Position numbers and translations under genes: made by a program
DNA from: Candidatus Gastranaerophilales bacterium
GTDB lineage: Bacteria > Cyanobacteriota > Vampirovibrionia > Gastranaerophilales > Gastranaerophilaceae
NCBI GenBank assembly: GCA_947624325.1
Contig: CANQJT010000006.1
Span: 34,147-98,146 of the forward strand
Length of the DNA: 64,000 nt
Direction: 5' to 3'
Shown here: piece after piece, positions 37,933 to 50,126 of the stretch
Layout: every line of letters starts with the position of its first letter
Numbering within the stretch: the first letter of the stretch is position 1
The notes under the pieces: generated by a model
What the model saw: the letters and a program-made list of their open reading frames with translations, nothing else
The model's database searches: none
What the model was told of the DNA's origin: nothing

Positions 37933-38958
37933 ATGAAAGTTTGCTGGGAATTATTTAATTCAATAGAAATGGGTACCGACGGCAGTGTATATGTATGCTG
38001 TGAACAGAGAGTTTCTAAATTTTCGTTAGGTAACATATTTAGAGACAAGTTTGAAGATATATGGAACTGTGAGAAATTAATTAAAATGCGTGAAGCTGCC
38101 CTCCAAGGTAAGTATCCCTATTGTAATCATGGGATATGCGAAAAACTGTCACGGGGGGGGGGAAGGAAAAGAAATGAGTTATTTACCAACGTTCTGCCGT
38201 CTTATAAACCTGTAATGTCTTCTTTCCCTACGCATGTAGCATTACCCATTGCTCGTGATTGCAACGCAAAATGTATTTTTTGCAGAGATAAAATTATTAC
38301 TTCCGAAAAGGAACAAATTAAATCATTCAACAACAAGTTTAATAATATCTATCTGCCTATTATGAAAAATGTCAATATTTTTACAGTAAATGATATGGGC
38401 GATGCGTTTGGTTCAAAATTTTCAAGACAAGTTATAGAGAATACTATAAAAAGATATCCTCAAATAAAATTTAAGATAATGACAAATGGAATTTGCGCCA
38501 GTGAAAAATTTATAAAAAAACTTGATTTGGAAAACAGAATAATTGAATTAGCTATTTCCATTAATGCGACTACAGCTAAAACACATTATAAAATTTTTAG
38601 GGTTCGGGGATGGAAGCTATTATTAAAAAATCTTGAATATCTTTCGCAGTTAAACAAAATTGGGGAAATACCTTATTTACATTTTAAATTTGTTGTTTGC
38701 AGTAAAAATTGGAAAGAAATGGCGAAATTCGTAAAATTTGCTTCAAAATATGGTGCAAATGCAGATTTTTGGGAAGTTAGAAATTATTATGCAGTAAAAA
38801 ACAAATACGAAGATCTTGCAGTACATAATGAAACTCATAAGGATTTTGATGCTTTTGTAAAATTACTTGCAAATCCGATTTTTGATGAAAAGCATGTTAC
38901 TCTTTCACCTTTATTGATGAAATTAAGAAAGAAAGCTATTTCGGAAAAAGAAGCATAA
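37933..38958 (+). CDS. radical SAM protein with an N-terminal SPASM/twitch-like Cys motif
   Basis: CNAKCIFC (CxxxCxxC) at residues 110-117. Residues 4-69 carry CWELFNSIEMGTDGSVYVCC...GNIF..FEDIWNC, resembling the normally C-terminal SPASM motif CX9-15GX4C. A G10 tract lies between the two parts. Confidence 0.6.
   Translation: MKVCWELFNSIEMGTDGSVYVCCEQRVSKFSLGNIFRDKFEDIWNCEKLIKMREAALQGKYPYCNHGICEKLSRGGGRKRNELFTNVLPSYKPVMSSFPTHVALPIARDCNAKCIFCRDKIITSEKEQIKSFNNKFNNIYLPIMKNVNIFTVNDMGDAFGSKFSRQVIENTIKRYPQIKFKIMTNGICASEKFIKKLDLENRIIELAISINATTAKTHYKIFRVRGWKLLLKNLEYLSQLNKIGEIPYLHFKFVVCSKNWKEMAKFVKFASKYGANADFWEVRNYYAVKNKYEDLAVHNETHKDFDAFVKLLANPIFDEKHVTLSPLLMKLRKKAISEKEA
38153..38162 (+). repeat. homopolymer G10 inside the radical SAM ORF
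   Basis: Counted directly: tcacGGGGGGGGGGaagg, encoding S-R-G-G-G-R. Confidence 0.95.
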
Positions 38959-39006
38959 TCTACAAAAAGTCTTTGGCTAAAACATTTTAAAATTAAATAA
39001 AAAAAA

Positions 39007-39034
39007 GAACCGCTTCATTAGAAACGGTTCTTTT
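39007..39034. terminator. bidirectional terminator between the radical SAM gene and gap
   Basis: GAACCGCTTC-ATTA-GAAACGGTTC (one mismatch) flanked by A6 and T4. Confidence 0.7.
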
Positions 39035-39053
39035 ATCTGTTTTATTCTGAAAA

Positions 39054-40076
<1,023 letters not shown>

Positions 40077-40188
40077 TCAATCTACCATGATTATCTGTTC
40101 ATGAGTTATTTATAAATTAAACATAAAGTTTAATCAAGTAAATTTTTCTGATATAATTCATCATGAAATCAGATAAAAACAGGTCATC

Positions 40189-40824
40189 ATGACAACTAAA
40201 TTTTCAACAAAAACACCTAAAAGCTTTAATATATGGCGAAAAACCTTTCAGTATATTGCCTGCAATACCGTTATTATCAATATGATTAAATCAAAATATA
40301 AAGTACTAAAAGCTGAGGGGATTGAAAATATTGATAAATCAAAAAAATATATTATAGCAAGCAATCACGTAACAGGATTTGACCCATTTTTTATCGCAAA
40401 TCAATATAAATTAACCATTGCATATATGGCAAAAAAACAATTATTTGAAACCTTCTGGTCAATGGTTTTAATGGATTGGTGCGGAGCTTTTGCCGTTGAC
40501 AGAGATAAAGTAGACGTATCCACAATAAAAACAGCTCTATCCATTAAAAAAACAAATTGGCATCTGGGTTTATTTCCGCAAGGTACAAGAAGCAATACGG
40601 GAAAACTTGAAAATATAACTAAAGGCTTTGCTTCCATAGCAAAGAAAATGGATGCAGATATACTTCCTATTGCAATAATAGTAAAAGATAATCCTAACGG
40701 AAAAAAAACAATGCAGTTAAAAGCAGGCAAACCTATCTCATGCAGCAAAAGCGTTGAAGAAATTGTTGACGAATGGGCGAATTCCGTATGTACTATGGGC
40801 GGATTTGAATATGTTCAATCATAA
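40189..40824 (+). CDS. plsC: 1-acyl-sn-glycerol-3-phosphate acyltransferase family, paralog 1
   Basis: NHVTGFDP (HX4D) and FPQGTRS motifs. Confidence 0.75.
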   Translation: MTTKFSTKTPKSFNIWRKTFQYIACNTVIINMIKSKYKVLKAEGIENIDKSKKYIIASNHVTGFDPFFIANQYKLTIAYMAKKQLFETFWSMVLMDWCGAFAVDRDKVDVSTIKTALSIKKTNWHLGLFPQGTRSNTGKLENITKGFASIAKKMDADILPIAIIVKDNPNGKKTMQLKAGKPISCSKSVEEIVDEWANSVCTMGGFEYVQS

Positions 40825-40842
40825 ATAAGAAAGAGTTTACGA

Positions 40843-41553
40843 ATGGGACAAAAAGACGAAAAAAAGAAAAACTATACAAAAAGAGAAGTTTCTGATTTTA
40901 CCGAAGGTAAATACAAATTTCAGCTTTTTGGCAGGTGGCTTGTACCTAATACTCTTCTGCCTCTGTTTTATAAAATAGAATATATCGGAAGAGAAAATAT
41001 CCCATCTGACAGAAATTTTATTATTGCACCCAATCATATTTCATATCTTGACCCGTTTGTAGTCGGGGAAGCCGTAAAAAAACCCATCGCTTTTATGGGG
41101 AAAAAAGAACTGTTTGAAAATAAAACTCTTGCTTTTTTATTAGACGGACTCGCTTGTTTTGCAGTTAACCGTGAAAAACTTGAAGTTTCCACAATTAAAA
41201 CGGCAATAAATGTTTTCAAAACAAACCGCTGGATGCTCGGTATTTTTCCGCAAGGCGGAATAAGACGCAACAAAAAAATTGAAAAAATAAACAAAGGTTT
41301 TGCCGTAATTGCAAAACAAATGAAAACCGATATTCTGCCTATAGGTATTACCGGCAGTGAAGAATATAATTGGATTCCGTTTAAAGGTAAAATTAAGGTT
41401 ATAATAGGTGAACCCATCTCTTTTAATCAAGAATACGATGACATTATTGATGAATGGGGACAGAAAGTTGCTAAACTTATTAATTATGAATATATTAAAG
41501 ATTCCCAAAACTCTGCCGCTTCTGAAGTAAAAACCCCGATTAATCTGTCATAG
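40843..41553 (+). CDS. plsC: 1-acyl-sn-glycerol-3-phosphate acyltransferase family, paralog 2
   Basis: NHISYLDP (HX4D) and FPQGGIRR motifs. Collinear with paralog 1. Confidence 0.75.
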   Translation: MGQKDEKKKNYTKREVSDFTEGKYKFQLFGRWLVPNTLLPLFYKIEYIGRENIPSDRNFIIAPNHISYLDPFVVGEAVKKPIAFMGKKELFENKTLAFLLDGLACFAVNREKLEVSTIKTAINVFKTNRWMLGIFPQGGIRRNKKIEKINKGFAVIAKQMKTDILPIGITGSEEYNWIPFKGKIKVIIGEPISFNQEYDDIIDEWGQKVAKLINYEYIKDSQNSAASEVKTPINLS

Positions 41554-44500
41554 CTAATTTATTTATAAAATCTTCTTTATTATAATCCGGTATTTTATAA
41601 TATAAATTATATTTGCACTCTCTTAGAGTTTCTTTTAATTCGTATTCGGTTATATTTGAAAATATAATAAGTTTAATTCCGTAATAATTTTCGTCGCTTC
41701 TTAAGTACCTTATAAATCGGAGTATTTCTTCTGAAATATTTGTTATACAGCATATAATAATATCAGTTTCATTTTTTTGAATATAATCATATGAAGAATT
41801 AATATTATTAAATTCAACCAGGTAATCAAAGAAATCAGATAAATCATTTTTTATAAAGTTTAAATTATTATTTCCGTCATTTAAAATTATTACTTTTTTA
41901 TTTTTTAAATTTAATTTTTTATCTTCAATAGAAATATTTTTTATTTCAAATAAAGAATTATAATTATCAATGACGGTATTTCTAACAAGTTCTAAAGGAT
42001 TAATTATTAAACATATTTCACCTGTTGAGAGGGTTGTAAATCCGCTGATATTTTTAATTTTTAATATGGGAGGAACTAATTTTTTATTAAAAATTTCCTG
42101 ATCGCCGATTAATTTATCTACAATATATGCAGCTTGTCTGTCTTGATTTTCAATTATAATAACAGTGAAAAAATTACTGTCTGTATAAATAAATTTATCT
42201 TCACTTAATATTTCAGACAAATAATAAACCGGAACACTATGTTCATTAAATAAAATACAATTTATTCCGTTCTTTTTAAATATATCTTCTTTTTTTATTT
42301 GTTTAACATATTTCACTGAAGCTACAGGAATTGCATATTTTTGATTATTGACAATTAAAATAAATGATTTTAATGTTGACATTGAAATAGGCAGTTTGAT
42401 TGTAACCCTGCAGCCTTTATTTAATTCGGAATCAATAGATAATTCGCCGTTTAAATTTGTGATTTTTGTTTTTACAACATCAAGTCCTATGCCTCTGCCT
42501 GATATTTCACTTATTGACTCTCTGGTTGAAAATCCCGGTAAAAACAATATTTTCATAAGCTGTTCTTGCGGAATATTTTCTGCTTCTTCTTTTGTTAATA
42601 AACCTTTTTTTATCGCCGTGGATTTTATTTTTTCATAATTAATTCCGTAACCGTCATCTTCTATAGTTATTATTACATTATTTTCTGATTGTTTTGCCGT
42701 TAATTTTACAAGTCCCGTCTCTTTTTTATTATTTTGTATTCTTACATTAGGTTCTTCAATTCCATGTGATACCGCATTCCTTAATATATGAATTAAAGGC
42801 ATTTTAATTTCTTCAATAATTTTCTTATCAACCGTAGTATCACTGCCGTTTATTATAAAATCAACTTTTTTATTATTATCCTTTGCTATATCTCTCATCA
42901 TGCGAGGAAATGAATGAAATATAGCAGCCAGAGGTAATACTCTGATTGTTTTTGCTATTGATTCTATTTCCATTACCGTTTGATGAAGTTTGTTATCATC
43001 TTCTGAAATAATATTATACAAATTATTAAAATCTATATTTAACCCCGTAACCATTTCGGTGGTATCCATAAAAAAATTCTGAGTCTTCTTATAGAAAGCA
43101 TTAGTGCTTTCATTGGTTTCGGATAAGAAAAACCCTCTTTTTTCCAAATATTTTAAATAATTTATTATTTTTTTACTTACACTGCCGAGTTTTGATATCT
43201 TTAAATTAATATCTGAAAGTCTTAATAAATGTTCCCTCGTTTTTATTCCGTTTATTAAAAGTTCACCTGTTTGTCCGATTAAATTATCAATTTTTTCAGA
43301 GTCTACTCTTAGAACTTTTATTTCTTCCATATCAAAAGATTTGATATTTTTTTTCAAGTTATCATATTCACCAAGTGAAACCAAAGCAGTATCTTCATTA
43401 TTTTCTATATTTTTTATTGGTTTATTTACTTCTTCAATTGCAGTATTATACATATCTTCTACTAAATTTAACCTTTGGAGCAATAAATCCGTTTTATTTT
43501 GATTTACTTCTTTTTCATTTGCAAGACCTCTTTTAATAAATGCAATACACTGCAATATAACAAGATAACAATCATTATCAAAAGGAAGATTATCCTTTTC
43601 AATCATGTTTAAAATTTGAATAATTTTAGTATAAACACTTTCTAAAATATTCCCCGATACCGCAGGATATACCGTTTGAAGATTATTTATTATATCTTTA
43701 ATAATTTCTTTTTCATTTTTTATTCTTTGCAGATTTGATAATATGAAATCAAATTCTTTCTTGTATTCATTATTTTCATTTTTTGTATTTTTTTCTTCAG
43801 AATTTTCGGTCTTTAATTTATCTTTTTGAAGTTTATTAAAATTATTCTGTTTATTAATGTTTGTATTAATATTTAATACTTTGAATAAATTATAAATTAA
43901 GTTTCTTAAATTTAATATTTTCGATTTTAAATCACTGAAAGAAAAATTATCATTATTATTTGTATATTCAGAAACATATTTTAATTCTTTAATAATTTCA
44001 TCATAATTAGTTTTTGAAAAAATTTCTTCTAATTTTGAAATATTATCATTAATAACAGGAATTATTTCATCAATTGAATAGTCACTTTCCATTTCAAGAA
44101 CAAACATAAGTTCAAGAATAATTGCATTAATATCAACAGTTTTAGATATAAGAAAATTATCTTTAACATCCAGCTCTTTTTTTTCGGGCATCATTCTGTT
44201 GTAGGTAATAAAATTATCAAGTTTATTAATAAAAACCGTAACATTTTTATCATTGTATTCAGATTTATTAGCAACTGATTTATGAATAATTTCAAGAAGG
44301 AAATCACATACATTATAGATTTCTTCAAACATTTCAAGATTAATTACAACATCATCTTGCTCCCAAAAAGAAAGAATATCTTCCAATTTATGAGCAATAT
44401 CCTGAATATTATTAAACCCTATCATTCTGGATGCACCTTTAAGAGAATGTGCAAGGCGAAAAAGTTTTTTTAAGGGTGTTTTATCATTAGGATTTTTCTC

Positions 44501-44599
44501 AAGCAATAAAAAATTATCGTTAAGCTCTTGAATAATTTCTTCACTTTCCGAATTATAAATTTTAAAAATTTCATCCATTTCTTCAGGATTATATTGCAT
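41540..44599 (-). CDS. cheA: CheA-type hybrid histidine kinase (Hpt, long insert, HATPase, CheW-like, receiver-like)
   Basis: Hpt LFRLAHSLKGASRMIGF, N-box LIHILRNAVSHGIE, G-boxes DDGYGIN and GRGIGLDVV, a CheW-like segment and a C-terminal receiver-like fold. Confidence 0.85.
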   Translation of the reverse strand: MQYNPEEMDEIFKIYNSESEEIIQELNDNFLLLEKNPNDKTPLKKLFRLAHSLKGASRMIGFNNIQDIAHKLEDILSFWEQDDVVINLEMFEEIYNVCDFLLEIIHKSVANKSEYNDKNVTVFINKLDNFITYNRMMPEKKELDVKDNFLISKTVDINAIILELMFVLEMESDYSIDEIIPVINDNISKLEEIFSKTNYDEIIKELKYVSEYTNNNDNFSFSDLKSKILNLRNLIYNLFKVLNINTNINKQNNFNKLQKDKLKTENSEEKNTKNENNEYKKEFDFILSNLQRIKNEKEIIKDIINNLQTVYPAVSGNILESVYTKIIQILNMIEKDNLPFDNDCYLVILQCIAFIKRGLANEKEVNQNKTDLLLQRLNLVEDMYNTAIEEVNKPIKNIENNEDTALVSLGEYDNLKKNIKSFDMEEIKVLRVDSEKIDNLIGQTGELLINGIKTREHLLRLSDINLKISKLGSVSKKIINYLKYLEKRGFFLSETNESTNAFYKKTQNFFMDTTEMVTGLNIDFNNLYNIISEDDNKLHQTVMEIESIAKTIRVLPLAAIFHSFPRMMRDIAKDNNKKVDFIINGSDTTVDKKIIEEIKMPLIHILRNAVSHGIEEPNVRIQNNKKETGLVKLTAKQSENNVIITIEDDGYGINYEKIKSTAIKKGLLTKEEAENIPQEQLMKILFLPGFSTRESISEISGRGIGLDVVKTKITNLNGELSIDSELNKGCRVTIKLPISMSTLKSFILIVNNQKYAIPVASVKYVKQIKKEDIFKKNGINCILFNEHSVPVYYLSEILSEDKFIYTDSNFFTVIIIENQDRQAAYIVDKLIGDQEIFNKKLVPPILKIKNISGFTTLSTGEICLIINPLELVRNTVIDNYNSLFEIKNISIEDKKLNLKNKKVIILNDGNNNLNFIKNDLSDFFDYLVEFNNINSSYDYIQKNETDIIICCITNISEEILRFIRYLRSDENYYGIKLIIFSNITEYELKETLRECKYNLYYKIPDYNKEDFINKLAMTD

Positions 44600-44610
44600 C
44601 TTATACCTTA

Positions 44611-45648
44611 TTAATTAGAAATATTATCTTTAATATTAGTCGATATTTCAGAGAATGCCCTTATATTTTCAATATTTTCTTCAAGAGTATTAAGGGTTTC
44701 AGTAATACCTTTCTGCATATTTTCTATAACTTCCAGAACATCATTTGTAATAACTTGCTGATCTATTGAAGATGTAAGTATATCATTTAAGTCATTACCC
44801 AGTTCATTTATTTTATTGGTAATACCTGAAATATTTTCACTTATATCATAGGCAAGTTTAACACCTGTTTCAATTTCTTTAGCCCCGTCTTCGGTAGCCA
44901 TAACGGTTGAAGATGTTGTTTGTTCAATTTCACCTACTAAAGAAGTAATCCTGTTTGTAGCCTGTTTGGATTCATCTGCAAGTTTCCTGATTTCACCTGC
45001 AACAACAGCAAATCCTTTACCGTATTCTCCTGCTCTTGCAGCTTCCACTGCCGCATTTAAAGCAAGCATATTTGTCTGTTCGGAAATATTTTCAACTATA
45101 TTTACCGTAGAACCTATTTGCTTTATGTAATCGGTTAATTCAATAATTAATTCGGCAATAATTTGTACTTTATGTTTTAAAGTCTGCATGGAGGTTATGT
45201 TATCTGATATTAATTTTATTTCATCTTCTGATTCTTCTCTTGTTATTTGAACTTTTGATGACAAATTTTGAGTTTTTTCTTTAGTTTTAATAGCATTATT
45301 TTTAAACTGCTTTGTTGTTTGTACAACATTATTTAACATCTCCGTATATTTATGAGTTAATTGTCTTTCTTTTTCACTTAAATTTAAAACTTTTACGGAT
45401 ATCTTTTGAAATTCTTTTAATTCATTATCTATTAATTTATCAATTGATTTTAAAAGCTCATTTTTAGAAATTTGATATTGAGCGAAATATGCAAATAATG
45501 CCGCAATTGTTGAAAGCACCATTACTGTCTTATTCTCAACAAATATTACTATAGCAACTATAATTATGGTCGCTATCCCTAAAATAATTGTATCCTTTAT
45601 ATTTTTTTTCGCTAATCTGTTAATCAGTCCTATATTGTTACCTGCCAT
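44611..45648 (-). CDS. methyl-accepting chemotaxis protein (short, two TM)
   Basis: Signalling hairpin [35 protein letters not shown]. Confidence 0.88.
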   Translation of the reverse strand: MAGNNIGLINRLAKKNIKDTIILGIATIIIVAIVIFVENKTVMVLSTIAALFAYFAQYQISKNELLKSIDKLIDNELKEFQKISVKVLNLSEKERQLTHKYTEMLNNVVQTTKQFKNNAIKTKEKTQNLSSKVQITREESEDEIKLISDNITSMQTLKHKVQIIAELIIELTDYIKQIGSTVNIVENISEQTNMLALNAAVEAARAGEYGKGFAVVAGEIRKLADESKQATNRITSLVGEIEQTTSSTVMATEDGAKEIETGVKLAYDISENISGITNKINELGNDLNDILTSSIDQQVITNDVLEVIENMQKGITETLNTLEENIENIRAFSEISTNIKDNISN

Positions 45649-45736
45649 ATTTTACTCCTTCATATAAGATTAATTATAGTCTATATTTTGGATTTAATAA
45701 TCATTAATTTATAGTATAATCATTATAAAGGTTAAT

Positions 45737-46774
45737 ATGAAAATGAACAACAATTATGAAATTTCAATATCTTCACCTGTAAATAGCTTGCAAGATTATT
45801 ATCTTATTTTTCAAATTAATGATAAAAAATATGCAATTAATATTAAGAATATTATTGAGGTTATAAAATTAGAACAAATTCATATTCCCGAAAATACCCC
45901 ATTGGGAATTATAGGTTATATTAATTATAATAATAAGTCACTCAATGTTATCGACTTATACTCTCTTCTGGGATTTGAAATCCCAAAACTGTCAGTAAAT
46001 AATCAATTAATAATTATTTCTTTTGAAGATGAATTTTTTACAATTAATACAGATAAAATCTTTACCGTAAAATATATTCCCAATTCGGATTTAGAACCTT
46101 TTCCTTATGAATCAGATTATTCATTGGTGAAAGAGATTTATAATAATCAAGATGACTCTGTTCATATCATTAACATTGCAAATTTAAAAAAATTAATTGA
46201 ACTTAACAAATCAAAAGCAATTTATAAAAATTATTCTGATTTACTTCCCACTGATGAAAAATCACTTAAAATATTGCAAGTCAGAGCTGATTTAAATAAC
46301 AAACATAATAATTCTTTTTCATTCCCTATACACTATAACTCAACAAATCAATATATATTATTTAAACTGGGTGAACACAATTATTACCTTGATTTAAAAT
46401 ATGTAAAAGAATTTGTGTCTTTAAAAAGATTAAATATAACAAAACTTCCCTATACAAAAGAATTTATCAAAGGATTGATTAATATAAAAGGCGATTTCCT
46501 TGTTGTAATTGATTTAAAAAATTTCTTAAATGATGAAAAAACAGAAATCAAAGAAGGAAGCAAAATCATAATAACTCAAGGTAAAAATTTCAATATCGCA
46601 TTTTTAGTTGATGAAATAAAATATATAAAAAATTTAAAAGATATTCCAAATTTAAATTATAACTATAATAACGAATACATATCATACGAATTTACCGAAG
46701 AAAACGAATTATACAGCATAATAAATTATGAAAAAATCATAAATGATGAAAAAATTTATATAAATCAAAGTTAA
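45737..46774 (+). CDS. cheW: tandem CheW-domain coupling protein
   Basis: Two CheW-like units: YYLIFQINDKKYAINIKNIIEV...LGIIGYINYNNKSLNVIDL and QYILFKLGEHNYYLDLKYVKEF...IKGLINIKGDFLVVIDL. Confidence 0.85.
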   Translation: MKMNNNYEISISSPVNSLQDYYLIFQINDKKYAINIKNIIEVIKLEQIHIPENTPLGIIGYINYNNKSLNVIDLYSLLGFEIPKLSVNNQLIIISFEDEFFTINTDKIFTVKYIPNSDLEPFPYESDYSLVKEIYNNQDDSVHIINIANLKKLIELNKSKAIYKNYSDLLPTDEKSLKILQVRADLNNKHNNSFSFPIHYNSTNQYILFKLGEHNYYLDLKYVKEFVSLKRLNITKLPYTKEFIKGLINIKGDFLVVIDLKNFLNDEKTEIKEGSKIIITQGKNFNIAFLVDEIKYIKNLKDIPNLNYNYNNEYISYEFTEENELYSIINYEKIINDEKIYINQS

Positions 46775-47178
46775 TTTTTTGAAGCTGCTTTAAGTCTTGC
46801 CATAGCTCTTGCAATAGCAGCATTAGCTATTTTGACGTCTCTTGGAGTTTGAGCGGAGGATAAACTTGCTTCAGCTCGTTCTTTTGCCAGTTTAGCTCTT
46901 TGAGCATCAATATCGGAACTTATTTCAGCCGCTTCCGTTAAAATAATTGCTTCATTCTGTTTAAATTGAAAAGCACCTCCGATAATTGAAAATATAATTT
47001 TATTTCCATCTTTTAATACTTCGGCAGTATCAACATCAAGAGCTGCCATAAACGGTATATGATCAGGTAATATACCGAAACTTCCGTTCACACCTTGTGC
47101 CGTTATGGAGTCAACATCATTTTCAAAAACAATTTTCTCGGGAGTAATTATTTTTAAATGTATTTTTTTATCGCTCAT
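46771..47178 (-). CDS. atpC: F1 ATP synthase epsilon subunit
   Basis: 135 aa immediately downstream of atpD, with LKIITPEKIVF...GILPDHIPFMAAL. Confidence 0.9.
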   Translation of the reverse strand: MSDKKIHLKIITPEKIVFENDVDSITAQGVNGSFGILPDHIPFMAALDVDTAEVLKDGNKIIFSIIGGAFQFKQNEAIILTEAAEISSDIDAQRAKLAKERAEASLSSAQTPRDVKIANAAIARAMARLKAASKN

Positions 47179-47189
47179 AATATTACCCG

Positions 47190-48596
<1,407 letters not shown>

Positions 48597-48642
48597 TCAC
48601 CTTTTTCCATAATCTGATAAATTTATTATACAATTAATTTGA

Positions 48643-48672
48643 ATAAAAAAAAACTCTCAAATTTGAGAGTTT
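48643..48672 (-). terminator. terminator of the 48697..49584 gene
   Basis: Palindrome AAACTCTCAAA/TTTGAGAGTTT flanked by A/T runs. Confidence 0.65.
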
Positions 48673-48696
48673 TTTATTTTCGTTCTTTCCCGTAAT

Positions 48697-49584
48697 TTAT
48701 TTATTCATATCAACACAATAATCGATTAATTTGCCTTCTGTATTAAATTGATAATCTTTACTAAATCTATGTTCATACCTTGGATTTTGAACTATATTTT
48801 CCATAACAAATGACAAAGTATTACTGTTTGGGTCAAATCCATATCTTTTATCAATATTAACAAAACATCCGGGCCATCTATATGTAAAACTCTTATATTC
48901 AAAATTAATTCCTTCGGTAATATATTTAACATTATCGGGTTTATTTACATCCCAGCTGAAACTTCTGTCTGCGGATTTCTTTATTTTACTCTTTTTTACA
49001 TTTTCACTAAGAGTATATAAAACTAAATCTTTTTTTGTTTTTCCGAGCGGGATACCATATTTATAAACTTTTTCAGCTTCATATCCATCTTTAAAACTGC
49101 CTTTAAATCCTTTATATACTTTAAATCCGTTTTCACTATCCAAAATTATGTTTTTTTCACCGTTTACCGCTGTAACTTCTATAACGGATTCGGCATAGCC
49201 TTTTGAATTATTTTTAAATATTACATCTATTTGATTATTATTTTTATCAGTCCAAGAATATATTTGATGATTATCCTCTTCAGTTTGTGTTATTTTCTCA
49301 GATTGATTTTTTATAGCTGATTGACAATATTCAAAAAATTCTTGTGTCTGCTTTAGAACATCATATCCTTCTTTTTGTAGTTTTACTGCATCATTTTTAG
49401 CTGTTTTTGTACAGTACTTTTTTAACTCTTCAGCACGGTTTAATACATCCTTATCAAATTTTGGTTCGTTTGAATAAGGTTTTTCAGTTTGAAATAAACC
49501 GTTAAAGGAAACTTTTTTACCGGAATTCATTCTAAAAGATTGCACTTTTTGTTGACTAAAAGTATTAATTGCAGAAATTTTCAT
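48697..49584 (-). CDS. hypothetical protein
   Basis: 295 aa ORF with its own terminator. No recognisable motif, TM segment or signal peptide. Confidence 0.55.
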   Translation of the reverse strand: MKISAINTFSQQKVQSFRMNSGKKVSFNGLFQTEKPYSNEPKFDKDVLNRAEELKKYCTKTAKNDAVKLQKEGYDVLKQTQEFFEYCQSAIKNQSEKITQTEEDNHQIYSWTDKNNNQIDVIFKNNSKGYAESVIEVTAVNGEKNIILDSENGFKVYKGFKGSFKDGYEAEKVYKYGIPLGKTKKDLVLYTLSENVKKSKIKKSADRSFSWDVNKPDNVKYITEGINFEYKSFTYRWPGCFVNIDKRYGFDPNSNTLSFVMENIVQNPRYEHRFSKDYQFNTEGKLIDYCVDMNK

Positions 49585-49671
49585 TTTTACCTCGCTTTTT
49601 AATTAAAAACATGTATATCAAACCCTCTCAAAAATAAATTTGCTAATAATTTTTATAAATTTTTATATTCT

Positions 49672-49710
49672 GAAAAAATACAAAGAACTCCCAAAAATTG
49701 GGAGTTCTTT
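49672..49710 (-). terminator. terminator of the infA...rpsI operon
   Basis: AAAGAACTCCCA-AAAAT-TGGGAGTTCTTT 20 nt after the rpsI stop, then a T-rich run on the minus strand. Confidence 0.7.
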
Positions 49711-49730
49711 TGAAATATATTTGAAAAGTA

Positions 49731-50126
49731 TTAACGTTTTGAGAATTGAAATCTTTTTCTTGCTCTCTTGCGTCCGTATTTTTTACGTTCTTTAACTCTT
49801 GCATCACGAGTTAATAAACCTTCAGCTTTTAATACTGATTTATATTCTTCATTATATTTTAATAAAGCTCTTGAAATACCGTGTTTAATAGCACCTGCTT
49901 GAGATGTAACACCGCCGCCGACAGTTTTAACTCTTACATCAAATTTTTCCTGATTATCGGTTAAAGCAAGCGGTTTATAAACCATCATTTCTAAAGCTGC
50001 ACGATTTCCAAAGTAATCAGCAAAAGTTTTACCGTTAACAAAAACTCTGCCTTTACCTTTTACAAGTTTAACAACTGCAATAGCAGTTTTTCTTCTTCCG
50101 GTTGCCATAATTTCTTTATCTGCCAT
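49731..50126 (-). CDS. rpsI: 30S ribosomal protein S9
   Basis: GRRKTAIA...GGGVTSQAGAIKHGISRAL...RKKYGRKRARKRFQFSKR. Confidence 0.96.
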   Translation of the reverse strand: MADKEIMATGRRKTAIAVVKLVKGKGRVFVNGKTFADYFGNRAALEMMVYKPLALTDNQEKFDVRVKTVGGGVTSQAGAIKHGISRALLKYNEEYKSVLKAEGLLTRDARVKERKKYGRKRARKRFQFSKR

